Assembly: GCA_903841185.1 (NCBI GenBank)
Contig: CAIMIV010000003.1
Location: forward strand, 773 to 64,772
Length of the DNA: 64,000 nt
Origin: an uncultured bacterium
GTDB lineage: Bacteria; Patescibacteriota; Minisyncoccia; Moranbacterales; UBA2206
Direction: 5' to 3'
Shown: positions 46,592-56,189 of the stretch, in pieces
Position numbering within the stretch: position 1 is the first letter of the stretch
Layout of the letters: every line of letters starts with the position of its first letter
Notes under the pieces: generated by a model
Told to the model about the DNA's origin: nothing
Databases searched by the model: none
The model's input: the letters and a program-made list of their open reading frames with translations, nothing else
Position numbers and translations under genes: made by a program

Positions 46592-46751
46592 CAAAATTTA
46601 AAAATCCCTAGGTTTATCCTAGGGATTTTTATTTTATTAGAGGGATGGGGAATCGAACGGGCCACGTCGCTCGCGAGTAATGCCAAGTCCTCGCTTGAGT
46701 TTATGGATAAATTACGTTAGAATAGTAAAATAAATAAGGAATATTTTTCAC

Positions 46752-47096
46752 ATGACATACCTACTTAGACTTGCGTTAATAATTATTTCAGCAACAACTA
46801 TCATTATTGCTGATTCATTGATAAAAAAAATTAGCGCGGGTCAATCTTTTTTCAATATTATCAAGGACCCATGGATGATCTTGGTCTACGGCCTGTATTT
46901 AATCGGAATATTCATTGCGATATTTATTTTCATATCCAAAGGCGAATTGGCTATCTATGCCAATCTATTTATTATTTTCTACGGAATATTTGGCGCGATC
47001 ATCGGGATGATATTTTTCAAAGAAACTATCTCTACGATACAAATGGCGGGAATCGGTTTTGGCCTGCTTGGCGCAATTCTAATGAATTTAAAATAA
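46752..47096 (+). CDS. Small 4-TM DMT/SMR-like membrane protein
   Basis: Four TMs; C-terminal FFKE.I....AGI. Confidence 0.65.
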   Translation: MTYLLRLALIIISATTIIIADSLIKKISAGQSFFNIIKDPWMILVYGLYLIGIFIAIFIFISKGELAIYANLFIIFYGIFGAIIGMIFFKETISTIQMAGIGFGLLGAILMNLK

Positions 47097-47262
47097 AAAA
47101 CTTCTTATTCGGGCTCATTTTGTATTGGAATGGGTATCCCGTTCAGGCTTATCTTGTATTGGACTAGACTCGCACTAGCTATTAAAACAGAATAGGTGTA
47201 TAATTTAAATAGAGTTCAAAGAGCAATTTTTTTTTGAATTATAATTTATAAAAAATAAATAT

Positions 47263-48417
47263 ATGCAAAAGCTCAATCGGTTTTTAATAGTCACCGTAGC
47301 TATGGTACTTATGTTTGGCTTAACTGAATCAGTTAAGGCTGCAACTCAGGTACCTCTTTTGACTGCAGGTAACTTTGCTGTTCTGGGTGGTTCCACAGTT
47401 ACCAACACTGGCTCGAGTGTGTTAACCGGCGATTTGGGTGTATCAGCCGGCTCTGCAATTACGGGTTTTCCACCAGGCACAACTAGTGGGACAACACATT
47501 CAAATGACGCAGTAGCAATTCAGGCTCAAGTTGATTTAACAGCGGCTTATATCAATGCTAGTGGCCAAGCATGTGATCACAATTTGACTGGACAAGATTT
47601 GGGAGGAAAAATTCTTACGCCGGGTGTCTATTGTTTTGATTCTTCCGCACAATTAACCGGAACATTAACACTTGATGGCGGGGGAGATCTTAATGCTGTT
47701 TTTATTTTTAAAATGGGCTCTACTCTCACCACAGCTTCGGGCAGTAAAGTTAGTTTGATTAATAGCGCTCAGTCTTGTCATGTCTTTTGGCAAGTTGGCA
47801 GCTCAGCAACACTGGGAACGACTACAAAATTCAAGGGAAATATTCTAGCTTTGACATCTATTACATTGAATACAGGTGCAACTATAAATAACGGTAGAGC
47901 GTTAGCGCGAAACGGTGCTGTTACATTGGATTCAAATACAATTACCAAGTCAACCTGTGCAACCTCTTCAGACGAGTTGACGAATGGATCTGTGAACGAA
48001 ACTGAAGTTACGAGCTCTGATATTAAAGTTAAAAAAACAGCCAGTGATTATAAATTAAATTCTGGGCCAAAGAAAGTCACTTTCACCTATAAGGTTACTA
48101 ATGAAGGGGATGTTGCGTTGAGTGACATCTCAGTCAAAGACGATAAATGTGATGACGTAAAATATGATTCTGGTGATAGTAATAATGATAATCTTCTAGA
48201 TGTAACTGAAGAATGGAAATATGAGTGTACTAAAAAAGTTAAGAAAACTGAGACTAATACTGTCACTGCCAAAGGAACGGCTAATGGAGAGAGAATAAAA
48301 GATACTGATACAGCTAAGGTTACCGTTTCAACTCCTGGTCTCCCTAACGCGGGATCTAATCCTGATGAAGCGGATAGCAGCTTGTGGATGCAGATAATGA
48401 GCTGGTTCTCATTCTAA
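47263..48417 (+). CDS. Ice-binding-like protein (DUF3494) + DUF11-like Ig domain + LPNAG sorting motif
   Basis: FAVLGGSTVTNTG, AQVDLTAAY, LTPGVY, VFWQVGSSATLG, GRALA; VTFTYKVTNEG; LPNAG at 48340-48354. Confidence 0.9.
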   Translation: MQKLNRFLIVTVAMVLMFGLTESVKAATQVPLLTAGNFAVLGGSTVTNTGSSVLTGDLGVSAGSAITGFPPGTTSGTTHSNDAVAIQAQVDLTAAYINASGQACDHNLTGQDLGGKILTPGVYCFDSSAQLTGTLTLDGGGDLNAVFIFKMGSTLTTASGSKVSLINSAQSCHVFWQVGSSATLGTTTKFKGNILALTSITLNTGATINNGRALARNGAVTLDSNTITKSTCATSSDELTNGSVNETEVTSSDIKVKKTASDYKLNSGPKKVTFTYKVTNEGDVALSDISVKDDKCDDVKYDSGDSNNDNLLDVTEEWKYECTKKVKKTETNTVTAKGTANGERIKDTDTAKVTVSTPGLPNAGSNPDEADSSLWMQIMSWFSF

Positions 48418-48423
48418 AGGGTT

Positions 48424-48583
48424 AGAGCCTGTTCATAATCTCCGTATTCTGCTGCGAAATTGAAATTCCGGCTGCAAATTGTTCAAAACTCGTCGAAATA
48501 TCCAGATATTCCTCCTCATTTTTCACAATTTTCGCTCGAAATTACAATCTCTCGCGACGAAAGAGAGATTATGAACAGGCTCT
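48424..48583. mobile_element. MITE with perfect TIRs and TTA target-site duplication
   Basis: TTA-GAGCCTGTTCATAATCTC...GAGATTATGAACAGGCTC-TTA. Confidence 0.8.
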
Positions 48584-48656
48584 TAGTGAAAATATCCCCT
48601 GTCGATTAAAAGTCAGGAAAGTCAAACCAGCATTGGTTTGACTTTTCCATTTATAT

Positions 48657-49271
48657 ATGAAGATTTTAAAAAGAATATCGCTCCGAATACTACTAATAGC
48701 CATCCTTGGTGGAGCAATATTTGTGCTGGCACTGATGGTTTATTTTAATTTTAAACAGCCAGTGCAAAATATTGCGGAGCCGCCGGCAGATACCGCTAGT
48801 TTGGTTGATAAGGAAGTGGAAAATATCAATTTGCCGGTGCGGCTCAAGATTCCCGGGATTGGGGTGGATGCTGCCATTGAGTCGCTAGGACTTACGGCTG
48901 CCGGATCGATGGACACGCCGAAAGGCCCGGACAATGTGGCTTGGTATGCGCTCGGAACTCGCCCTGGAGAGCAAGGTAGTGCGGTTATCGCAGGGCATTA
49001 TGGAAAATGGAAAAACGGGCAGGGGTCAGTATTTGATGACCTGCATAAATTAAATAAAGGCGATAAATTGTATATTGAGGATGATAAAGGAATGATAATT
49101 ACCTTTGTGGTGCGCGAAAGCCGCAATTATGACCCAAACGCGGACGCCATAGAGGTATTTAGCTCAGACGACGAGCGGGCTCATCTCAATTTGATTACCT
49201 GTGAAGGAATTTGGAATAAAGCCGAAAAGAGTTTTTCTCAGCGGTTAGTGATATTTGCGGATAAAGAATGA
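48657..49271 (+). CDS. Class F sortase
   Basis: PVRLKIP.IGVDA, VAWY, PGEQGSAVIAGH, LNLITC, R. Confidence 0.92.
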   Translation: MKILKRISLRILLIAILGGAIFVLALMVYFNFKQPVQNIAEPPADTASLVDKEVENINLPVRLKIPGIGVDAAIESLGLTAAGSMDTPKGPDNVAWYALGTRPGEQGSAVIAGHYGKWKNGQGSVFDDLHKLNKGDKLYIEDDKGMIITFVVRESRNYDPNADAIEVFSSDDERAHLNLITCEGIWNKAEKSFSQRLVIFADKE

Positions 49272-49421
49272 TTTTTGCCCGGATAGTTCCTTGCTGCGAG
49301 GAAATAGGAAAAAATAAATTGCTTAGTTGGTATTTAGAAATTTCCCTGACAAGGGATTTTTTTATGGGGACAAGAATAAAGCGTGTCAAAAGTTGTATTT
49401 ACCTGTATACTAGATACGCTT

Positions 49422-50645
49422 ATGTATATATTTAGAAATAATCAAAAAGAAATTTCCATTTGGAAAAAGCCAGTGCCTTTTGCGGGAGTAGTTTTGTTGT
49501 TGCTTGTTTTGAGTGGTGGCTTTGCTTGGTATGCTCTCAGTTTTTCGAGCAAAATTGTTTTTGATAGTGTCCAACCGAAATTAATTTCTCCAAAAAGGAA
49601 TCTTCCGGAAGCAACCGATTTTTTTCCGGGAGAAAAGGATGGCCAAGTGTGGCATTTTGCTCCCGGGCCAATTTCCATGCGAAAAATCCGAAGTAATGGT
49701 TGTGTGGCGGATGGCTTGTTATCGGGTTATGGAGAAAAAACTAAAGAAATAACCGCTATGTTTAATCGTTCAAATTGCATTTATCTGCATCGTGCTTTGG
49801 AAACGTGGTTGCGCGTGCCTGACTTCAAGGAAGCAGAAAGTATTATGGAAAATGTTAAATTGCAACCGGTAGTGTATGGGATGTTTATTGCGGAAGCAAT
49901 TTCCACGCGAAAAAAATATGAGGATGCAGTAGATGGAAAAAAATATCATTATGAAAAAATGTGTCGGGAAGGAACGGAAGGCCGATGGGGAGCGGACACC
50001 TGCATTCCGAGTGTAGGGAATGTAGAGTATCGGCGCTATCTCAAAGTGATTACTCAGCGAGCGATGGATATTGGGATCCAAAGTTTTCTGTTCGGCCAGA
50101 TCCAACTGCAAGATGAAAAGCATAACTTCCAAGAAACGGAGATGAAAAATATCCTGGCGGATATGCGGCAATATGCCCAGGAGAAAAACATGCAAATTAT
50201 CGTGGGGGCACAGACAGATGATATTGTGGATGAGCCCTATCTGCGGATGTTTGATTATATCGAGGGAGGGGTGGGCATAGATGTGGCCGGTCAGGTGGAG
50301 GATCAGCCCTGCTCCAGTAATTTTGCCAGTTGTTGGGCTTTGCTGTGGGACAAGCGCTATAGCGCCAAGGCGAATAATGTTTTCCTGCATCTGGATTGGA
50401 GCGGTCTGGTCTGGGATGATATGGGAAAATTTGCCAGAATGACTCAAGAAATACGAATGCAGACTCTGCAAAATTTATATGCTAAATTTAATACGGGCAA
50501 TACCGGGTTCATGCTGCCCTATTTAGCTGTGCTTAATCATCAAAATGAGGGTTGTTACGGTCCTAATAAAGATTTTTATACCCCGAGTAATAAGTATAAA
50601 TGCAAGGATGAGGACGCCATGAATCAAATATTGCCTAAATTATAA
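49422..50645 (+). CDS. Membrane-anchored extracellular hypothetical protein (possibly glycoside-hydrolase-like)
   Basis: N-term TM; Cys pairs; alternating alpha/beta pattern; function uncertain. Confidence 0.6.
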   Translation: MYIFRNNQKEISIWKKPVPFAGVVLLLLVLSGGFAWYALSFSSKIVFDSVQPKLISPKRNLPEATDFFPGEKDGQVWHFAPGPISMRKIRSNGCVADGLLSGYGEKTKEITAMFNRSNCIYLHRALETWLRVPDFKEAESIMENVKLQPVVYGMFIAEAISTRKKYEDAVDGKKYHYEKMCREGTEGRWGADTCIPSVGNVEYRRYLKVITQRAMDIGIQSFLFGQIQLQDEKHNFQETEMKNILADMRQYAQEKNMQIIVGAQTDDIVDEPYLRMFDYIEGGVGIDVAGQVEDQPCSSNFASCWALLWDKRYSAKANNVFLHLDWSGLVWDDMGKFARMTQEIRMQTLQNLYAKFNTGNTGFMLPYLAVLNHQNEGCYGPNKDFYTPSNKYKCKDEDAMNQILPKL

Positions 50646-50699
50646 AAAGATAGGCGGATTGGAAAGGTGTGGTATAATAGGAAGATAAAAAAATAAGCT

Positions 50700-51155
50700 A
50701 TGCGCATGAATAAAAAAATAGTGGGACTGCTGGTGGCAATTATTCTTTTGGGAGGAATAATATTCTTTTTCAATCATCCGATAGATAAAGTTAATCAAGA
50801 TAAGCAATTAATTAAAAATAATAAACCTATGGAATTGGAAATTAAAACTACCGCTGCCGGGTCCGGGGAGCGGAAGACTAAAAATGGCGACAAGATTGCA
50901 GTGCATTACACTGGGAAATTGACTGACGGGACAAAATTTGACTCTAGTCTTGACCGCGGAACGCCGTTTGAATTTCAAATTGGCCAAGGGATGGTGATTG
51001 CCGGTTGGGATAAGGGATTATTGGATATGCAGGTGGGAGAAAAAAGAACTCTGACGATTCCGGCCGATATGGGCTATGGTGCGCAAGGAGCCGGGGGTAT
51101 TATCCCGCCGAACGCGACTTTGATTTTTGACGTAGAACTGATGGCCATAAAATAA
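50700..51155 (+). CDS. FKBP-type peptidyl-prolyl isomerase
   Basis: [37 protein letters not shown]. Confidence 0.95.
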   Translation: MRMNKKIVGLLVAIILLGGIIFFFNHPIDKVNQDKQLIKNNKPMELEIKTTAAGSGERKTKNGDKIAVHYTGKLTDGTKFDSSLDRGTPFEFQIGQGMVIAGWDKGLLDMQVGEKRTLTIPADMGYGAQGAGGIIPPNATLIFDVELMAIK

Positions 51156-51171
51156 GCGAGAAACTGAAGTG

Positions 51172-51213
51172 AAAAAACATCCCGTCCCGCTAAGCGGAAT
51201 AGGATGTTTTTTT
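51172..51213. terminator. Terminator, repeat family shared with 21051-21093
   Basis: AAAAAACATCCCGTCCCGCTAAGCGGAATAGGATGTTTTTTT. Confidence 0.7.
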
Positions 51214-51241
51214 GTTGCGGGAAATATGCTAGAATGTCTGT

Positions 51242-52012
51242 ATGCAGAAAATAAAGGTCAGCAGCAAAATAGTGATAATAGGCGGTCTTGTTATTGGCGG
51301 GTGCATTTTATTGGCAGTCTTTTTTCACGGAACATTTTTCAAGGAGAGTCGGGTGGTGATTGAAAATAAGGAGATAGAGGAAGGAAAAGAAAGTGCGCCA
51401 TTGTCGCAAGAGGGTAATAGCATGCACGAACAGGCGGACTCGGCAGAGAATGGCCAGCTGGAAATGGTTCCAAATACGCCGAAAGAAACTAAGGTAGTCG
51501 ATAAGAGTCAAAGTGCTTCTATCGCGCAGGATAAAAATAAAAAAGAAGGAGATTTGATAATCGTGAATAGGCTAGTCAATTTTGGGCAAGAAAAAAGAAA
51601 CTCCCGGTTGATTGACACAATTGTGATTCATTCTTCCTATAACGCTCTAGGCGCTGATCCTTTTAGTGTGAGTGGCATCATCAAGGAATATCAGGAATAT
51701 GGCGTGGCAGCGCATTATTTGATTGACAGGGAGGGTATGATATATCAATTAGTGGAAGACAAAAACGTCGCTTATCATGCGGGACTGAGCAGCGTGCCGG
51801 ATGGTCGGAAGGGAGTGAATGAATTTTCCTTAGGCATTGAATTGGTGAATACTAAAACAGAGCAATTCACTGACAAACAATATAGCGCCTTGAATAGCTT
51901 GTTGCAGTCGCTGAAAAGCAAATATCCGATAAAGTATGTTCTGGGGCACAACCAAATCGCTCCAGGAAGAAAGGATGATCCTTGGAATTTTCAATGGGAT
52001 AGATTAAAATAG
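51242..52012 (+). CDS. Membrane-anchored N-acetylmuramoyl-L-alanine amidase (Amidase_2/AmpD-like)
   Basis: IVIH, AHYLIDREG, AYHAG, SLGIEL, GH.QIAPGRK.DP. Confidence 0.9.
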   Translation: MQKIKVSSKIVIIGGLVIGGCILLAVFFHGTFFKESRVVIENKEIEEGKESAPLSQEGNSMHEQADSAENGQLEMVPNTPKETKVVDKSQSASIAQDKNKKEGDLIIVNRLVNFGQEKRNSRLIDTIVIHSSYNALGADPFSVSGIIKEYQEYGVAAHYLIDREGMIYQLVEDKNVAYHAGLSSVPDGRKGVNEFSLGIELVNTKTEQFTDKQYSALNSLLQSLKSKYPIKYVLGHNQIAPGRKDDPWNFQWDRLK

Positions 52013-52036
52013 CTAAGAGGAATAAGATGCAAAAGT

Positions 52037-52309
52037 ATGCAAATTGAAATTAGCATTAAAAATAAGGTAGTAGAAATTTTTCTCCTGAATAAAGGAGCTG
52101 TTTTAACTAAGACTGCGATAACAGAGGAGTATCAGTTGTCAGAAAAATTATTACCAGCGATTGATGCATTGCTTGCAGAAAAGGGGTTGTCCTCTAAAGA
52201 TATTGCGAAAATGACGTTGCAATCGGATATGGGTGACAACTTTACTACGCACCGCATCGCCTTGACAGTAGTGAACGCCTTTAACTGGAGTAAGGCTGTG
52301 GATAACTAG
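52037..52309 (+). CDS. Truncated TsaB-like protein (N-terminal lobe only)
   Basis: SEKLLPAIDALL; GDNFTTHRI resembles the TsaB GPGSFTGLRI motif. Confidence 0.65.
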   Translation: MQIEISIKNKVVEIFLLNKGAVLTKTAITEEYQLSEKLLPAIDALLAEKGLSSKDIAKMTLQSDMGDNFTTHRIALTVVNAFNWSKAVDN

Positions 52310-52672
52310 TGGAGGGTAATATAGGATAAGAAAAGATAACAACCTATAATAGCTAGAATAAGCCATTATATCCTTGGATAGATTATTAATAAGAGGAAAA
52401 GAGTTTTTCTTCTTGACAAGATTAAAAAAACGTTTATAATTAGTATTATATTTGTCAAGTTCTGCTAAGTCTTGACTGGCTCGCATTAAGCGAGCAAACC
52501 TTCTTCACGAAATAGGTCCGGGGGTGATGTTTTCTCAAATAGTAGGGAAAATAAACTAAGAAAAAAGCTTGCAAAAAAACAACCAAATAATTTAATATTT
52601 AACTGTAAGATCTCATTCATTTTACTCGCTTTTAGAAAATAAAAGGGAGTAATGGATAATGAGAGTATTTTT

Positions 52673-55600
52673 ATGCTTAAAGTCGAAAAAACATTGCAGG
52701 TAAAAAAGACCTTCGGTTCCGGATCTTCCTTATCGAAGAGAAAGTTTTTTAAACAAATGTCGGTTGTGTCATTGCCCAACTTGATTGAAGCGCAATTAAA
52801 CTCCTATGATTGGCTGTTGGAAAAGGGACTGAAGGAGCTGTTATTGGAAATTAATCCGATTACTGATTTTACCAGCAAGGATCTGGAACTATCTTTCGAG
52901 GATTATTATTTGGACGAACCAAAATATGACGAAGTGACTGCCAAGAATAAGAATATTTCTTATGAAGCGCCTTTGCGTTGCAAAGTCCGCTTGATTATCA
53001 AAAGCACGGGAGAAATCAAGGAGCAAGAAATCTATTTGGGAGATTTTCCGATCATGACGGAGCGAGGAACGTTCATTATCAATGGTGTGGAAAGAGTGGT
53101 AGTGAGTCAGTTGATTCGCAGCCCGGGCGTTTTCTTTACCATGGATTACCAAAAGGGCAGACGACTTTTTGGCGCTAAAATTATTCCTAATCGAGGAGCG
53201 TGGCTGGAAATCGAAACTGATTACGCCGGCGTGTTGTATGTAAAAATTGACAGAAAAAGAAAAGTTTCCCTAACTTCATTGTTGAGGGCTTTTGGCTATG
53301 CTACGGAAAAAGAATTACTCGGTCTGTTTTCGGATATTGATAAGGGTGAAATCAGCTATATTGCAGAGTCTATTCGAAAGGATGCTGCCAAAGATCAGGC
53401 GGAGGGTTATAAAGAAGTGTATAAAAGAATCAGACCAGGTGATTTAGCGACAGCGGAAAACGCTAAGCAAATGATTGACTCGATGTTTTTTGATTTTGAA
53501 AAATATGACTTCGGCAGCGTGGGAAGATATCGATTGAATCAAAGATTGGAAACGGAATTGGCTAACACTGAAGAAAATAGAGTGCTGTTGCGGGACGATT
53601 TTATTGCCATTGTAAAAGAAATTATTCGCTTAAATAATGATCCGACTGCACAAGCTGATGATATTGATCATCTTGGAAACCGACGCGTGCGAGCCGTGGG
53701 TGAATTGGTGCAAAACAAATTGCGAGTCGGTTTTGCCAGAATGAGCAGAAACATCAAGGACCGAATGAGTACTTGTGATATTGAAACAGTGGTTCCCGGA
53801 CAATTGATCAATTCCCGACCGATTGCGGCTGCCATTAAGGAATTTTTTGCTAGTTCGCAATTGTCTCAATTTATGGACCAGGTGAATCCTTTGGCTGAGT
53901 TGGAACACAAGCGCAGACTTTCTGCGATGGGACCAGGAGGCCTCACTCGGGAACGCGCTGGATTTGAAGTGCGAGATGTGCATCATTCTCATTATGGCAG
54001 AATTTGCCCGGTAGAAACTCCGGAAGGTCCGAATATTGGACTAGTGGGTCATTTGGCGACTTATGCCAAGATTAATGAATATGGTTTTCTTGAAACACCT
54101 TATTTGAAAATTTATACCGAAATTGAAAATAACAGCGAAAAAACCGTAGGAAGAATTTTACGGGAAGATGTGACTGGTTTTAAAGCGGGGACTTTGGTGG
54201 ATGAAAAAATGGCTAAGGAGATAGAAAAGGATAAAAAGCATGCGGTTATTCAAATTCTACCTTGGATCAGTAAAGAGATTGAATATCTCAATGCTACTAA
54301 GGAAGATCGCAAGACGATTGCGCATGCCAATATTGGTGCTGATGAGTATGGCAATATCACTGATGAGATTGTTGGGGCTCGAGTGAAAGGACACGCCACG
54401 GAAATTGAGGCGATGAAAATTGATTTTATTGATGTCTCCGCCAAGCAGATGATCTCCGTAGCGACATCTCTCATTCCTTTCTTGGAACATGATGATGCCA
54501 ACCGAGCTTTGATGGGTTCCAATATGCAACGACAAGCGGTGTCTTGCGTGAAACCGCAGGCTCCATTAGTAGGAACCGGCATCGAGGACAAGGCGGCGGC
54601 TGATTCTGGACAAGTAGTGATTGCCAAACAACCAGGAGAGGTGATTGAAGTGGATGCGGATCACGTGATTGTGAAAGAAGAAGCTCCGGCTGCTTCTAAA
54701 AAACCGTTTATTAAAAGAGAATATAAATTGCAGAGCTTTGTAAAATCCAATGCTTTTACTTCGATGAATCAGGTGCCTCGCGTAGAGAAAGGGCAGATGG
54801 TGCGAAAGGGAGAAATGTTGGCGGATGGTGCTTCCACTGATCATGGTGAATTGGCATTGGGACAAAATATCGTCGTAGCTTTCATCCCATGGGAAGGATC
54901 CAATTATGAAGATGCGATTATTATTTCCCAGAAACTAGTGGAAGATGATCGGTATAGTTCGATTCATATTGAGGATTTCTCCATTGATGTGCGAGATACA
55001 AAGCTGGGACCCGAAGTGATTACCCGAGACATCCCTAATATTGGAGAGGAAAGATTGAAGAATTTGGATGAAACCGGTATCATCAGAATCGGGGCGGAAG
55101 TTTCTTCCGGGGATATTCTGATTGGAAAAATTTCTCCTAAGGGAGAAGGAGATTTGACCTCAGAAGAACGTTTGTTGCGAGCTATTTTTGGAGAGAAATC
55201 TCGAGACGTCAAGGACAGCTCCTTATATTTGCCTCATGGAGAATATGGCAAGGTAGTGGACATTAAAATCTTTTCTAGAGAACAAGGCGATAAATTGCCA
55301 ACCGGCGTGATTCAGCAAATTCAAGTTTCTGTCGCACAACTGAAAAAGATTTCCGTAGGAGATAAATTAGCGGGGCGCCATGGTAACAAGGGTGTTATTT
55401 CTCGAGTGGCTCCAGTAGAAGATATGCCTTATTTGCCGGATGGAACTCCGGTAGATATGATTTTGAATCCACTGGGTGTAGCCAGTCGTATGAATATCGG
55501 TCAGATTTTGGAAACTCATCTTGGTTGGGCTGCTCTAAAACTTGGTTATAAAGTAGCTACCCCAGCACTGGAGGGAGTGACGGAAGTGCAAATCAAGGGT

Positions 55601-56092
55601 GAACTAGAAAAAGCTGGATTACCGGTAACGGGGAAAATCAAATTAGTAAATGGTAGAACCGGTGAGAAATTTGATAATGAATCTACGGTAGGAGTGATGT
55701 ATGTGATGAAGCTGCATCATTTAGTGGATGATAAAATCCATATGCGTTCTATCGGACCATACTCCTTGATTACGCAGCAACCTTTGGGTGGAAAGGCGCA
55801 ATTTGGAGGACAGAGATTTGGAGAAATGGAAGTGTGGGCTTTGGAAGGATATGGTGCTGCTTATACTTTGCAAGAAATGCTTACGATTAAATCAGACGAT
55901 GTAATGGGAAGAAGCAAGGCTTACGAATCAATTATTAAAGGTGAAATGATAAAGAGTCCCAATCTGCCGACTTCTTTCAATGTCTTGATAAATGAGTTGA
56001 AGGGATTAGCGTTAAATGTGGAGCTGATCGGAGTGAAGAAAGAAGCGGATGATGAAGATGACGCTCGCGATTATGGCTCATCACAAAATTAA
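52673..56092 (+). CDS. rpoB: RNA polymerase beta subunit
   Basis: NGVERVVVSQL, SQLSQFMDQ, ETPEGPNIGL, GDKLAGRHGNKG, GQRFGEMEVW; start uncertain. Confidence 0.98.
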   Translation: MLKVEKTLQVKKTFGSGSSLSKRKFFKQMSVVSLPNLIEAQLNSYDWLLEKGLKELLLEINPITDFTSKDLELSFEDYYLDEPKYDEVTAKNKNISYEAPLRCKVRLIIKSTGEIKEQEIYLGDFPIMTERGTFIINGVERVVVSQLIRSPGVFFTMDYQKGRRLFGAKIIPNRGAWLEIETDYAGVLYVKIDRKRKVSLTSLLRAFGYATEKELLGLFSDIDKGEISYIAESIRKDAAKDQAEGYKEVYKRIRPGDLATAENAKQMIDSMFFDFEKYDFGSVGRYRLNQRLETELANTEENRVLLRDDFIAIVKEIIRLNNDPTAQADDIDHLGNRRVRAVGELVQNKLRVGFARMSRNIKDRMSTCDIETVVPGQLINSRPIAAAIKEFFASSQLSQFMDQVNPLAELEHKRRLSAMGPGGLTRERAGFEVRDVHHSHYGRICPVETPEGPNIGLVGHLATYAKINEYGFLETPYLKIYTEIENNSEKTVGRILREDVTGFKAGTLVDEKMAKEIEKDKKHAVIQILPWISKEIEYLNATKEDRKTIAHANIGADEYGNITDEIVGARVKGHATEIEAMKIDFIDVSAKQMISVATSLIPFLEHDDANRALMGSNMQRQAVSCVKPQAPLVGTGIEDKAAADSGQVVIAKQPGEVIEVDADHVIVKEEAPAASKKPFIKREYKLQSFVKSNAFTSMNQVPRVEKGQMVRKGEMLADGASTDHGELALGQNIVVAFIPWEGSNYEDAIIISQKLVEDDRYSSIHIEDFSIDVRDTKLGPEVITRDIPNIGEERLKNLDETGIIRIGAEVSSGDILIGKISPKGEGDLTSEERLLRAIFGEKSRDVKDSSLYLPHGEYGKVVDIKIFSREQGDKLPTGVIQQIQVSVAQLKKISVGDKLAGRHGNKGVISRVAPVEDMPYLPDGTPVDMILNPLGVASRMNIGQILETHLGWAALKLGYKVATPALEGVTEVQIKGELEKAGLPVTGKIKLVNGRTGEKFDNESTVGVMYVMKLHHLVDDKIHMRSIGPYSLITQQPLGGKAQFGGQRFGEMEVWALEGYGAAYTLQEMLTIKSDDVMGRSKAYESIIKGEMIKSPNLPTSFNVLINELKGLALNVELIGVKKEADDEDDARDYGSSQN

Positions 56093-56189
56093 ACTTTTGG
56101 TTTAAAAATTAATTTCTAATTTCTAATTTCAAATCTCTAAATAATTTATTATTGAAAAATTTTAAATTTAGACTTGAAAATTCACATTT

